From Camelus ferus (taxonomy: Eukaryota): a stretch of 64,000 bases of DNA. Shown here piece after piece: positions 25,161 to 38,640 of the stretch. Both the position numbers and the translations under genes were made by a program. Position 1 is the stretch's first letter; the number at the start of each line of letters is the position of its first letter. The stretch lies in the NCBI RefSeq assembly GCF_009834535.1, contig NC_045697.1:55182001-55246000 (forward strand), written 5' to 3'. A model generated the notes under the pieces. That model was not told where the DNA came from, ran no database searches, and saw nothing but the letters and a program-made list of their open reading frames with translations.

Positions 25161-26899
25161 CTATACTGATGAATGTGCCTTTGATTTCGGCATCAGATTA
25201 TAATGGCTTTTCTTTTGAATGAATGAAAATAATAGACCTTCTCATTAAAACACAAATGAGACATTTTTCCCTTAACAAGAAGAAGAAATGGGTATCTATA
25301 AATAATTTAGTCAGTGCTAGCTTAGTATTCTAAATTTTTAATACCTACTAAAAATGCCTAATTATTACATATAACATAGCCAGACATCAAAAGATCTTTT
25401 ATGGATTAGGTGGATATAAATAAAATGTCAATATTATGCCAAAATTCTATGCATATTAGGGGATGTAAGCAATAATTTCTCCCCAAAACTGCAAAAGATT
25501 TCTACTGGCCCTATCATGGTGGTAAATTAATATGTTGAACTGATTTTTTATTTTTTCTTTTTAATACTGACATATGGCCAGTATGTACCTAACCAAACAA
25601 GTATTTTTATAGGCCAATTTCTTACCATGTGGAATTAATTTTCTTAGTTTCACTTAGGATATGCAATTTTGAAGGGTAAAAGAACATTGTTATTATCAAT
25701 AATCTTGGATATATATAAATTGTAGTTTTCTAAACTATATCTTTTTATTTTACTGATTTTCAGTTTGGTTAGATAAAAAATTTAGCTCAGTTTAAAAGTT
25801 CAAGAATAAATCCCCAGGTAGATATGCTTTAAAAGAAAGGGAAATTATTTAGCTTTTATTTATACATTTATATATATATGTCTCCCTTTCAACTAGGTCT
25901 TTTTAAATTGGTGTTAGTCATTCAGAATAAACTTGTTAAGAAATAAACGTATAAAGCACATGCTCCTCTACCATGCATGTTACCTTAAATGGGGGCAGGA
26001 GTAAAATAATTAATATGAATGCTATGAAATTTTACAACAGGGAAATGTAGGAGTAAGATTATAATGTCTTGTTAAAATATTTTGACTTCTATGAGATGTC
26101 AGAGAAGTATGACATGTTTTTAAAAATATATTTACTAGTAATACATTTACAATATCTAATAATGCAAGCTAATAACTGGCATTTGAAATGCCATCCTTCT
26201 ATGCAAAAAATAGTTATTGGCCTTTTGCAAAAGAAAATTGGCAACAGGTCAATTACATCTTTCAGTATTGTAACACTTTAGAACAGTTGGTTTGCACTGT
26301 TCTTCAGCTGTTTTATATTAACTACTAGATGGTGATGGTGAGTTTGAGTATAATGCCATTTTGTTTCCTTCTGTCTGCAGACATGTAATAGGACTTCAAT
26401 AAAGCTTTGGAAAATATGTGCATAAACAGACTATATAAGTTAAAGGAAATGTTTATGTGAGATTCTACCCATTTTATAATGAAAATCTAAAGAGTAAGAA
26501 TGGAAATAGCACTATTGTGAAACTAGGGGTCTAGGATTTGGTACAAGATTGTATTTGCATCAGCTTTCCATGTTCTGTGTTCTTATTTGTAAAAAGTAGA
26601 GAATTTGCTAGATACTATTTGAAGATCCCTTCCCGTTCTATGAATTTTCAATTTGCCATGGCCACCCAACAATGGGGTATGCTGTGGAATCCTTATCTCT
26701 GGGCACTTAGGTGAACATTTCTCTAAAGATCTCTGGCTTTTCTATGTTATGATACTTCTCTGCAGTAACATCGGAGACAACTCCAGCAAACTCCAGGAAG
26801 CAAATTGGTGGTGGTGTAAGATAGCAATCATCATAGTGACAGGACATGAAACCAATGTCGTTCTGGGCATCTGATATCTGAGACCATAAAGCCAGCCAT

Positions 26900-27090
26900 T
26901 TTGCCCTTAACATTTATAGTCTAATTCTCTTATATGCAAGATTTTCTGATTCTCATTTTATCTTCAAGGAGACTGAGATTAAGAGACTAGATAATTGCTC
27001 AGAGTAACACAGCAAGTGATTACAACATCAGGGTAAAACCTTGGGTCTCTCTAGCTCCAGAGCACATGCTTATTACGTTAAGCCTATAGT
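26900..27090 (-). mobile_element. MIR relic
   Basis: 'ctcattttat...ggagactgagattaagagactagataattgctcagagtaacacagcaagt...ctccagagcacatgctt'. Confidence 0.6.
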
Positions 27091-28864
27091 ACAACTCAGT
27101 GAGGATCCTAATTGGGTTGGGTCTTTTTTTTTTAATGTTTGTGTGCATTTTTCTGTTTTTGTTGTTAGGAGTGAGAATTTTCATACTCTCAGGAGAAAGT
27201 CTTATTTTCTGAGATATTATAATAAAGCATTTGTCTACATTTTCACTGAGCATCAGGCAGGAAAAGTTGAATTTACCTCCCTTCTGAAACACTAACTGGT
27301 TTAATGTTGGATTTTGATGTCAGTGATTTTTTTTTAAGAGATTCCAATATCAAAATGAACCGAAGACTGAAGATGGTATATGCACAAGATGATACAGGTT
27401 AGAACATCTTAATGATAATCCTCATTTAATATGTAATAACCACATTAACATTTACCCATATACATATATTTATACCATACACACTACTGGTATAAGCAAA
27501 AAAGAAAAAAGATGGGGAAGGAAAGAAGGAAGAAAAGGGGAAGGAAGCCAAGAATAGCAAATATTGACATAGTGCTTATCTGCCAGGCATAGTTCTAAAC
27601 AATTTACATGTAAGAATTATTGTAATCCTCACAACTGAGTTTATATATTTATATAAACATAAACACATACAATGGACACCCATCAAACTGGTCAAATTGG
27701 CTATTTTTTTCTTTTTAACATCGCCTTTCTGTAATTGGGGAATTCCCCCCACTATAAAATCAACCTCTTTATCATAGAATTAAAAACTCAAATACATGGC
27801 ATGCAAGTGTAATTTAGACGAAGCGTGCTTCTTTGGGCTGATGCTGAGTACTTGTGGCTTAGTTCTTTTTACAGGTGTGGCCCCTCTGCTGGCAGAAGAG
27901 TTGAATTTCTGGCATTTGGTGCTTGGTGATCTTAGCTGAAATGGTGACAGTTGCTTTACCACAGACTTGGGAATGTGGTTATGTTTCTGGAAGGCCTGCC
28001 TCAAGATACTTCTCTAGGCTTCAGTGACTCTAGGGTTAGTGAGTCAGCCAAATCACTTAATTTTTTTTCTGCTTAAATTAGCCATAGTGATTCTGTTCAC
28101 AATTATGGCCACGAACCAGAATTCCCTCTGTGTGTTTGTGTGTGGTGTACATGAATACAGTCATTCATATAGATTTATACATGTTTATATGTGTATCATG
28201 TATATTGCTAAACTACAGTCGCTCAGTACAGCTGAAGGGAACACTGTTTGTTTATGTGATGCTAAGCACCCGGCTAGGTCCACTGGGTGGGCATTGTAAC
28301 AACACATTCTCACAGCCACGTAGGATGAGACAGTTGGCTGTCTTTCGTTACCACTCCCTTCAGGATTATGAGTGACTGAATATTATAATCTCTTCATCAC
28401 TCTTGAGAATCCTTAGGAAGGAACCATGCTACATGCCTCTCAGAATGAAGAAAATAGTGTTTGGGGGCATCCCAGCCTGCAACTGAGACAGGAGAATGAT
28501 CACTTCTATTCAGAGATGAGATTTTCTGGAAACCCACCAGTAGTTTTGTGTATTTGGTACTCAGGTCTGCAAAATACAGTTAGCTCCTTTTACTTTTTGA
28601 ATGTCGCCTTAGGAAATACCTTTCATAGGGACCCATAGTATCGTCTGCTTTGTGGCTAGTTTTGTGCCTGTGTGTTTGCCTCCTCCTCACTGTTGTCTCT
28701 TTAGAGTCCCTTCTTTCTATAAGCTCATTCTGATTCTTATGCTGTCACATGTCTTTGATTATTCCATGAGGAAGTCATGCAAATTCAAAGCAAAGGCATT
28801 TCTGTTGTATTTAGTTTTTATTTACCTTAAGACACTGCTCCAGATAAAGGTTACCAAGTTGCAG

Positions 28865-29100
28865 TAGAAGAGCAGTCTTTAAAGCCCTGGTCCTGGAGTC
28901 AGACTGCCTGGGTTCCAATTTCAATGACACTATTATCTGGGTGTGAAACTAAGAGTGAATTACTCAGGCTCCCAGTGCCACATTTTAACACCTGCAAAAT
29001 GAGGACAATAATAGTTTATATCTCATATAAATTCATGCAGAAGGAGCACCTTGAGTGGCACATAGAAGTGCTGACTAAATCCCAGCTGCTGTAATTATTA
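28865..29100 (+). mobile_element. MIR relic
   Basis: 'ctggagtcagactgcctgggttccaat...acctgcaaaatgaggacaataatagt' MIR core. Confidence 0.75.
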
Positions 29101-29119
29101 TTCTGATGAACAGAAAAAG

Positions 29120-29980
29120 GGAAGTTAAGATCAGCATCCAGACTCAAATCCTAGATCCATCCCAGGCATCTCCTTGTACTAGGCCCCCAATTTTTTGTCC
29201 TTCCATGTTTATAATACTACTCTACTTTTAGTTATTCAACCAGAAATCTGAGAGTCATCCTGGACTTCTCCTTTCTCTTTACCCGCCATAGCCAATTAGC
29301 AACAAATCCTCCTAATTCTGATTCTCCTAAATCTCCCTCAATCCCATGAGCCTCTTCATTTACCTTGCCAGTTTCCTAGTAGGATTAGCCTTCTGCCTCT
29401 TCCTTCTTCCTTTGATAAACATCAGTCTCTTTTCTACAGAGCAGCCCTGATGGTATGTTCAAGATGCAAATATGAGGAAAACTCTTTAATCATATCACTG
29501 TGCCTTTGAAATACAATTCCATACCTTTTCTGTGGCAAACAAACCTTTCAGGAAATGTTTACTTACCTCTGCAGCCACATGCCTCTACCCTCATTTCTTT
29601 ACATCCCACCATACTAATCTCTTTTCAGTTTTCCCTTTAATGTGTTATGACTTGGCTGTTGAGGTCCTGCAGATCTGTTTTTTTTTTCCTATGGGTTTTC
29701 TTACAGATCTTTCTGCTAAATTCATTTGTCGTATCTTAATAGATATTTTACCTTTAGGGAATATTCCCCAGTACTCCCAGACCACATAGTCTCATAGAAC
29801 CCAGTATTTCCCTCTTTTTATCCTTCATCAAACTTTTATATCCTTTGTCAAAGCTTACTTTCTTCTGCTCTGACCTCTGTGTGGGCCAGAATATATCTAG
29901 CCTGGTAACTGCTGTGTCATTAGGTCTTTATGTAAAACATTTTTGCCAAGTACCTGTTGGGTATGATTTTGAATGAATAG
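29120..29980 (+). mobile_element. L2 LINE 3' relic
   Basis: 'ccagaaatctgagagtcatcctggacttctcc...' and a tail ending 'ttttgaatgaat'. Confidence 0.6.
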
Positions 29981-30559
29981 ATCGAAGCCAGAATGACAGA
30001 AAAACTGATGCCAGACTGAATCACCCGAGTGACAACTATACATATCTCCTGCTGGAGGCCAAACTTACTCTATAAATTTGGAAGACTCTGAGCGTTGAGG
30101 AATACATCAGCTGACCAGATAAAAAGTTGTGGGGCCAGAGATCTACTCTGGTTGTACAGTATTTAAGAGGAATATAAAATGGAGAGAGGTCTCCTCAACT
30201 GAAGTTGAGAGTTGAACATAAGTTGTCTTTAGTGAAGGAACAACTATGACATGTTAAGAAACTTTAATGTGATACCAAAACAATTAGGGGCCATTATAGT
30301 GTGACAGGGACCCCAGAATCAGCATAAACTATGATCACCTTTGAGGTTCAAGACAAACATCGTAACTCATGGGATGGACTTGTCAGAAACTGACTTACGA
30401 GAGGATATGAAGACACTGCTGTCAGCAGTCTGGAATACAGCTTCCAAGTAATGGGTATTTCTGAAGTGAAACTCAGGTTGTTGTCTGAGTGTTTTCTGCT
30501 TCAGCACATGATAGCATTTTATTTCCACAACTGTTTATAATAATGGAGGCTCCCACCAA

Positions 30560-31180
30560 AGTGTTACTGCTCCACGTGCTCACTGAAGTCTGATACTGTT
30601 GGACATTTAAAATGTGCTGCTTTGGTAGAGGTGGTGTAATTTATCATTTAATGGGCATTTGTTTGATTTCTAAAAACTTTGAGCAGTTTTTCAGACATTT
30701 ATTGGCCATTTTGGTTTCTTTTTTTGTGATGTTTCTGTTCATGGTTCTCCCCTACCTGCAATTTTCCTATAGTTCTTTTTTGATTGATCTGTAGGGGTTC
30801 TTTTCCTGTTATATGTGTTTAAATCATTTCAGTTTGTGACTTGTAATCCCTTTATTTATGACATCTTTTGATTAGTGGAAATTACTTTTAGTATAATTGA
30901 ACTTGTCTAATCTTTTGTGGTTTGTGCATTTCTTGTATCTTGTGGAGGAAAACTGTCCTCATCTCAATTGTTATAAGATATTCTGTATTTTCTTACTTAG
31001 ATATTAGCCTTTTATGTTTATATTCCACCTGGAATTTACATATATAAATGTGTGTATATATATATTCTTCAGGGAATCCATTGACATTATTCTCAAATGT
31101 GTAAGGGAGATCAAAAGACCAGGAATAGCCAAACCAGTAGTGAAGACTAAAAATGACGGCAGGTGACCGCTCAGTCCATT
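30560..31180. mobile_element. Old L1 ORF2 fragments (30560-31050 minus; 31075-31180 plus)
   Basis: 'ttgagcagtttttcagacatttattggccatttt' is antisense L1 ORF2 end. 'ttgacattattctcaaatgt...gaccaggaatagccaaa' is the decayed sense (LKFIW..KRPRIAK) region. Confidence 0.6.
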
Positions 31181-33359
31181 TTTTATCACCAGCCCTTCTT
31201 TGAATGCTTGTCTTTCCATTTTGAGCTTTTCTTCTTCAGAGGTGGTTGTTTTAATTGACTGCGGTGATCACATGAGTCCTTCCTTCCATGACTCCTTTTC
31301 CTCTGCCTCTTGTTTCTCCTGTTCCTCTTATTCATTCTCTCTATTGTTTCTGTGTAGCTCCTTGCCACTTTTTTAGCCACTGCTCATCTTTCATTTCCTC
31401 TTGGGCCTGTTGTGTGTAGGAAGTGTTGGTGTGTGGGTATGTAAGGGGTGTCGATGGGTAGGGAAGAACCAGAATTTGACTTCCAGCTGGCAGGAATTAT
31501 CCCTATGGCCCAGGGTTGTATGTGAGAGTGCATTCCTGTAGCATTTTCTGCCTCCCAGCCCCCCGGAATGCAGCATTGCACAGCTGCTGCGAATGCAGAG
31601 TCTCTCACTCCTGCCTCCTGAATGAACAGGCTATGTTCTATAAATACAGCTTGTTTGTGGTGTTCCTCACTTCATCAGACAATCTGGTTTCAGGGGAAAT
31701 TCTCCCCCTCAGTTCATGCACGTTGTTTCTGTTGTTCTAAAGAGGGAATTGCTAGGTTGTATCCCTCAGAGATTTCGCCTTCCTACTGAGAGCTGAAAGC
31801 TTTGTCTAGATCTGAAACCCTAGCTTGTATTTCTACCCTGTGAGTATTCACTCACTTATAGAGCATATTTCTGAGCGCAATATGCCAAGGACTCCGTTCA
31901 TTTCTGGGCAACATTTGATTACATGAAAATGTATGGAATCGGCCCTCAAAACACTTTCCTGTGAAGAGTTGTGTTCAGAAAAAAAAAAAAAATGATAACG
32001 AAAAAAATTGCAGTGATGAGCAAAACACTGCCAGACAAGGAGAATGCCTAAATCTGCCTCACTGAAGAAAGGCTTTGGTTAATTCATAACACAGGAGATA
32101 GACCTGCTAGATGGGTGTACTCTGCTTTATGCAGAAGCAGCAGTGACTAAAGTGAGCGTGATTCTTGTCCTGATGAAGTTTACAAACTAGTTGGTTACAA
32201 AGTGATTTTTTTTAAATCACTATAGCATTTGTTATTAAAATAAACATTCTTATCTAATATATAAAGGAATAAATGAAAGGCCTTTTAACATGAAAGTTCT
32301 ATTTTCTTAATTAAACAAGAAGGATTGTATTTATTTAAAAATGACATATCATACTCAAGCTGCCCTCAGTGTAATTTAATTTTTCACTATCTATGTTTTA
32401 GAATGGGTATTGAACAACAGTGACTTTTAAGCTGATAGATTAAGAAGGAACAGTTTTCCACAGGAATGAAAGGGAAGTACTAAGCAGTAGGAAGAATGTG
32501 CAAAAGAAGAGAAACTTGGGAAAACATAATAAGTTGATGAAACTATGGGATGGCCAATAGTGGATTATAAAAATCAAGCACTGCTTATGACAGAAGATGG
32601 AGCCGACAGGTAAGATGGGGCCATGGAAGAAAGTATGCTGTGTACTCACAGAGCAGTTCACGTTTTGTCCTTTAGATGTGGAGGTAGGATCATTGGAAAA
32701 AATCAGCACGGAATGTCCTTGTCAGATTAGTATATTAGTATCAGCACATAAATATGAAGGATTGATTGGAGAAGGTCCAAACCAGAGCCTGGACCATAGG
32801 CGATATATCCATATTGACAAAGAAGAGGGAAGTTCTGAGCTTGAGTAATTTCAATAAGGTTGGAAAGAGAGAAGAGTGGCAACCAAAAAAAGTTAAAGAA
32901 TTTTTAGGTAATTAGCTTGGGAGATAAGGGAAGGACTTCAGTCCCTCTTGGATTTGTGATGAAAACAAAAGGATACATTTTGGTGGTTTTTATCAAAGCA
33001 AGAGATGTGTCTTGTGTTTTATTTGATGATAAATATAATACTAAAAGATTTCAGGTAAATCATGTAATACCAGGTTTTAAAAAATATTCCGAATACAAAG
33101 CATGTCTTCTTTCCATCTGATTCCCTTTCTTCTGCTGAGTTCCTATTAATGTTTCCTTCTACAAATTTATGTTGTTTCCTCTGTAATGTGGCTTCTTCAG
33201 CAAAGTTCATAGTTGCTTTTTTCCCCGCATTCTGTGACATCAGATTCTGCTGGATTTTGATTTGGCATGAAATAAAATCTGGCCCCAAGTTTACAATCTG
33301 GAGCCAAAGGACTAACTCAAGGCCTGTCCGATGTCCTACTCCAATTTCCTGATTGATAG

Positions 33360-33957
33360 TGTTACCAAATTATGTCATATGGACCCCGACTTGAGCCCTA
33401 CACTGGCAAATGCCCCCTGTTTTGGCGGGGAAGGTTCTTTTTCCCTTCCGGGTTCTTGTAGCCAAAAATGAAACTGAAGTGGAGATTGAAGCAGGACAAG
33501 CTTATTTAATGGCAAGAGAATGGAGGAGTGGGAACTTAGTTCACAAATCAATTTCTTGCCTTAATAGAGAGATTTGCATTTAAGGACAATTTGGGGAGGA
33601 GTGAGACTAGTGATGGGGAGGCATATGCATTAGTTTTTTGGGAAAGAGGCAGGGTTTTCCTTGAAACAAGGTGCGTCCCCTTTTCTGTCCTTTTTGTTGG
33701 TCTGTGACTTCTGGTCATGGCCACTAGTAGGTATGTCAGTACAATACTGTAGTAAAATTGGTGTAGAATGAGACTAAGGGTCTGGTGGACATCAAATTTG
33801 TCACCATGTTGGCTTTAGCTGGTTCTACCCAGTTTTTGTTTTTGCTTCCCATAGCTTCCTTTGTGTCCAGACCCTGTGACTTAAAGATACATTAGTTCCT
33901 ATTCAGGTGAGGGGTTGGTGGGTTTTGAGCAAGGGTCTGGTGGCAGCTCTGGTAACA
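33360..33957 (-). mobile_element. Solo LTR of a class I (ERV1-type) endogenous retrovirus
   Basis: Perfect 8-bp terminal inverted repeat TGTTACCA...TGGTAACA. Flanks ATAG (33356-33359) and GTAG (33958-33961) are a 3/4 TSD. Internal motifs are shared with the LTR at 971-1410. Confidence 0.8.
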
Positions 33958-34496
33958 GTAGAATCACATGACCACTCCTGGTTGAGTCAGTGATGGTCCC
34001 TGCAGTTTGTAGGCTTGCTTCTTTCAGACAGTGCATGGAGCAGACTCTTTTTAAGAAGGGTATGGATGAGGAGGGTACCTCTGGGATGTAGAGTATACAT
34101 CCTCTCACCCCCAAAACCATAATGAATGTTTCAAAGGGATGATAATGAGCTTAATTTTGAGTATCTTGACTTTGAAAAGCCTGTCATACAAGTATAAAGG
34201 GTCTAGTACTGACTTGATATACAATCAAAGGTTGGATTACTTCCAAAATTATTTGAAGGTGGAGGGGGTTTGAAGGAAGTAGAATTGTACAGCTGGAGTT
34301 GAACTGAGATGCATTTTCAAAATAGTTCTCAACCCATCTCAGGAAAACTCTGGATCTAGGATGGCTCTTTAGAATTATCTTCAACTAATACAACAGTTGG
34401 GACATATCTTTATATTCCTGAATTTAACAGTTATGGATGTGGGCATGCTCAAGGAGGGAGCATGACCTTGGGCAAGGCAGCTTCCCCCCCTCCTCC

Positions 34497-34880
34497 AATT
34501 TTATTGAGATGTGTGATGCTGTTTGTCAATTATAAATTATATAACATAATGACATATATATTTACATACAGTGATATAAATACCATAATAATTTAGTTAA
34601 CATCCATCTTTTATATATATAAAATACATATATAAATATATATATCAAAAATTTTTTTCTCTTGTGATGAGAACTTTTAGCATCTACTCTTAGCAACTTT
34701 CAAATATACCAAACAGCCACGTTAACTGCAGTCATGTTGTACATTACGTCCCCAATACTTATGTATCTTGTAACTGGAAGTTTGTACCTTTTGCAACAAC
34801 TTGGATGGAACTTGAGGGCATTGTGCTAAGTGAAGTAAGTCAGAGAGACAACTGTATGATCTCATTTATGTGTGGAATCT
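34497..34880 (-). mobile_element. L1MA-type 3' end with 5' inversion (34497-34792 minus, 34793-34880 plus)
   Basis: Antisense 'gatgagaacttttagcatctactcttagcaactttcaaatatac...gtaactggaagtttgtacc' directly abuts sense 'gcaacaacttggatggaacttgagggcattgtgctaagtgaagtaagtcag...gtggaatct'. Confidence 0.8.
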
Positions 34881-37049
34881 TTATTACAAAGAAAAATCTC
34901 TTTTCTAATATGCAACGGATACTTGGATTTCTGGAAGGAAATTTCACTCAGCAGATATGTGGAAAGCACCTTAGTCCTCAAAGAGGAGTCTGAATGTGCA
35001 TCAGATGTGCACCAGAATATTCACTCTGGATGCATTGTTGGGGTTCAGAGATTTGTATTTGATAGACATGATTATATAGGTAGGAGGTGAAACCACAGAT
35101 TGAAGTTATGGATGGAGGTTATATAGTATGAATGCATTAAACAGCAGAGAGCTCTAAGGAGAAGAAGGAAGGGTAACAAATGAAGAATGAGACAGGACTA
35201 GAGAAACAGACAAACTAGGAGTCTGTGTGCAAATTCCTGATACCTGATAAAGGGGAAACACAGAGAGAATAGCTGAAACACTGTTTCCTGGATCCTGCCC
35301 ACACATTTCTGACTCTAATTTTACAGATGATATCTTTTGAACATCCTGTAAACCCTCTCCATTTCCAGTTGTCAGTATCTACCTCTTTCTTCTCAGAACA
35401 TTTTCAAATGTTATCTTCTTATCATGGAATCATCTCTAAACATTTTAAGTGATATGCCTCTTGAACAAGGAAATGTTCTTCTCTCATAGCTTTTATTTTT
35501 TGCTTTGCTTTATAGTTAGCTCTTTATTTTGTCATTTCTCATCCAATGCTGAAGCTTTTTGAGAATGTAAGACCAGTATGACATTACCCTGTATTTGCTG
35601 CAGACTTATGCAAAGTTCCGCCACACCTAGCAGGTACTTAATATGTAATAGATGCAACATGAGTGAAAGAGAACATTAGAGAGGGAACTAGCCTCACAGG
35701 GAGTGGAGTGTGGAGGTCGGGGACAGAAAAAGATTGGTGGTGACCAAACTGGGAGGTGTCTGTAATGATATTTTACTAGTTGTGTTGATTTTTCATGAAC
35801 AAAATGTAGAAAAGAAAAACTTCGGTAAAATTAGCCATGGTTTATTGGTTTACAAGTTTCCAGTTTAAGTAACTTGGTTTTCACTGAATTGATTGGTTGC
35901 TTTTGAATGGACTAAAATGGCTTACTTGTTTTGGCATCAGTAGATGGAGCCCCCCTTTTGAGATGAAATTGCTAAGGTTGTTCAATCACAAGTTACTTAA
36001 ATAGTTTACAAGTCCCTGTGTACAGAATGGGAATTTTAAGTTAAATTTTAGATTCGTTTTCGAAATACACTCTTTTTTACTATTTGAAGATGTATATGAT
36101 TTGAAATATTCTAAAATAGAAGAGATTTTTAAACATCAGAGAAAAACTGCTAAAAATGCCATGGGAAATGGGAGTCCTTTTTTTTTTTTTTTTCAGTTTA
36201 GTAACTTGTAAAAACAGTATTTGATTCTGGTTCTGGTTTTAGTTAAGCTCTTAACTATTTAAGACATTTTATTTCTAATTTAAACAACAAGCAAATCTTT
36301 GGTCTCTAATTTTCCTAGGTCAGCAAATTTCTCAATATTTTAAAAGCATTTTAATAAAAATTAGATACTGAGACAAGTATAGTTTAGAAAATTCTACTTT
36401 GAAATATTTCCCCATTGGCATTACAAGAAATAGTCACGATTTTAACATTTCTTTTCAAATGCTGTCTTAATTTGTTATAGTAGAAAGAATATTTTGAATT
36501 CTAGTTCTCTCTCATACTCACTCACTGAGTCAAATTGCCTAAACTTTATTTTCCTGATTCTTCTGCTATAAATAGGAAGAGTAATAATAATACCTAAAAA
36601 CACTGTTGTAGCATTTTAATGAAGCAACAGATACAAAGGCACATGCAGTGTACTAGAGACTTTAAATATTGGTAAGTTGAAACATGCTTACTATTTAACA
36701 TTTGTAAAAGTTAAAGACCAATTGTTGTGATACACTGTAACTTAGGAAGTCCTATTTCTTTAGAAATATTGTGAAGAGAATTTTCTTAATGTTGAGCCTA
36801 AACTATTAGATAAAATCAAATTAAGATAAAACTATAAGAGACAATATTGCCTAAGAAAAATCATGAAAGGAGATAGAATACGTTAGAAGTATTTTTGCTT
36901 AAAGGCCATGCATGAGAGAATGTGATCAATATGAAAGATGAGTCTCATGAAGGGAAACTTGAAATTACATAGGAAAGAATGAAACGGCTCAGATCAGGAC
37001 AGTGTCTTAAATGGTCAAGAATCACTTGGAAATCAAATAAAAATATAGC

Positions 37050-37160
37050 TTCCTTGGCAATATTAACAGATTCTGACTCAGATTTCAGCATAAAGAATCT
37101 GCATTAAAAAAAAGTCTTAGATAATTCTGCTTGAGGTAGTACATACACCAATAACTACTG
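37050..37160. mobile_element. MER5-like fragment
   Basis: 'acagattctgactcag...aagaatctgcatt...gataattctg'. Confidence 0.45.
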
Positions 37161-37547
37161 CAGACCCTTCCATGAGGTGTTGAACTGTACTTGTCTTTTT
37201 TTTTTTGTTTTTAAATGTTCAGGGAATACTAAAGTAAGAAAAGTGATTAAACATTAATAGATAATGAATTTAGGTTAAGAGCTTCTCTGGTTAAAAACAT
37301 ACCATAAAATTACAGTTGTAAGCATTTGAAAGAGAAATGTCTTGTTTGAGAGTATTTTGGTTTTTTGTTTGAGTCTTTTGTGAAGAACGGAGAACAGTTT
37401 AGTTTGGACTTGAGTAATAGAATGAAATGTAAAAACTGAAGCTGCTGAAGGACGAAATATATTACATAGATTCTGCATGATGATCTATCTCTACACAGTT
37501 CTAAATAGCTGAGAAAGTCTGTGTGACTTTTCCAATGTTCATATGCA

Positions 37548-37561
37548 TCACTAGAGGGCAA
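37548..37561 (+). promoter_or_regulatory. Candidate CTCF site
   Basis: TCACTAGAGGGCAA matches the CTCF core CCASYAGRKGGCRS at 12 of 14 positions. Confidence 0.3.
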
Positions 37562-38449
37562 CATATACTATACCTTTAAGATCACTATCACAGACAGAAA
37601 TTGTGTGTAGTTATAGGGAGTGTAGGCAGAGCCAAAACTGGCAGAAGTCAGAAAGATAAAACTGCAGCTATAATTACTGCTAAGACGATCAGGTAATTTA
37701 GCTAACTGCATGCAGCCATCAGTAGCAGTTACTTAATAGGAAAACCTACTGAATAAATTAAGGTTTTTCTCAATTTTTGAAAAACAATCAAGTAGACACG
37801 GTCATTGTTCTCTAAAAGTCATGCTCACAATCGTGCAGAATACATAACAGGAAAAATGGACTCTCTTCCTATCTCTAAAATGTGTATCAATTACAGAAGG
37901 ACAGCACAATCACATTGTAGAGAGTGCCCACCCGTACAGAGCAGAGGCTGGTTTTATTCTTTATATTGTATTGCATGGGTCATCTCGTCATTGCTTAGGT
38001 TTAAAACCATGAAAGAAGCTACCAATGGGGAAGGAGCCAGCCATTGATTATCTTTTCAACTAGAATCAAGAAAAAAAAAATCTTAGGAATCATAGTTCTG
38101 GTTTTTATATTTTAAATTTGCATATTTTTATATCTAGAAAACAATGTTATTGTTGTCTTATATTTTAATGATAAAATATTATAAACACATTTGGAGGCAA
38201 GTTGGTTACAAGAATAAATGAATAAAAAACCCTATGAATGAATTTAATGAACTTCTGATTTCCAAAGATTAAAAAAAAATAACTGAGGGGAAAATACAGA
38301 TTATAGAGGTAGAGAAACTGAACATCGTTCTGAAAACAGAACTGCACATTTTAAACATTATAAAGAAGCAAAGTTTATATTTCATTCAGTGATAAATGAT
38401 CTAATTCCACTATTTCAAATACAGCAGATTGATAGTTACCAGTTAATTT

Positions 38450-38640
38450 TTTCAGCACTTTATATGTGTTGGGCAAAATGCTTTATATTATCTCATATAA
38501 TCTTCTCAGTGAATTTATAGAATTGGAACTGTTGCCACATACATTTTACACATGAATAAACTGATATTTAGAGATTAATTTACTGGGAGATCTCAGACAA
38601 AAATTCAAGCAATGTGTTTGGACCCTATAGTCTTTACTGT
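38450..38640 (-). mobile_element. MIR relic
   Basis: 'atgctttatattatctcatataatcttc...cattttacacatgaataaactgatatttagagattaa'. Confidence 0.55.

Noticed and set aside
27860..27960. Strong acceptor ttctttttacAG|G
   Set aside because: Stops in all three frames and no convincing donor; unsupported
31004..31608. Minus-strand ORFs giving a basic NLS-like peptide (KKKSSKWKDK) and a TM-like segment (LVFTTGLAIPGLLISL), suggestive of a processed pseudogene
   Set aside because: The TM-like part is the antisense reading of an L1 ORF2 fragment (31075-31180). The basic part comes from a pyrimidine-rich low-complexity tract. No recognisable protein, poly(A) or TSD.
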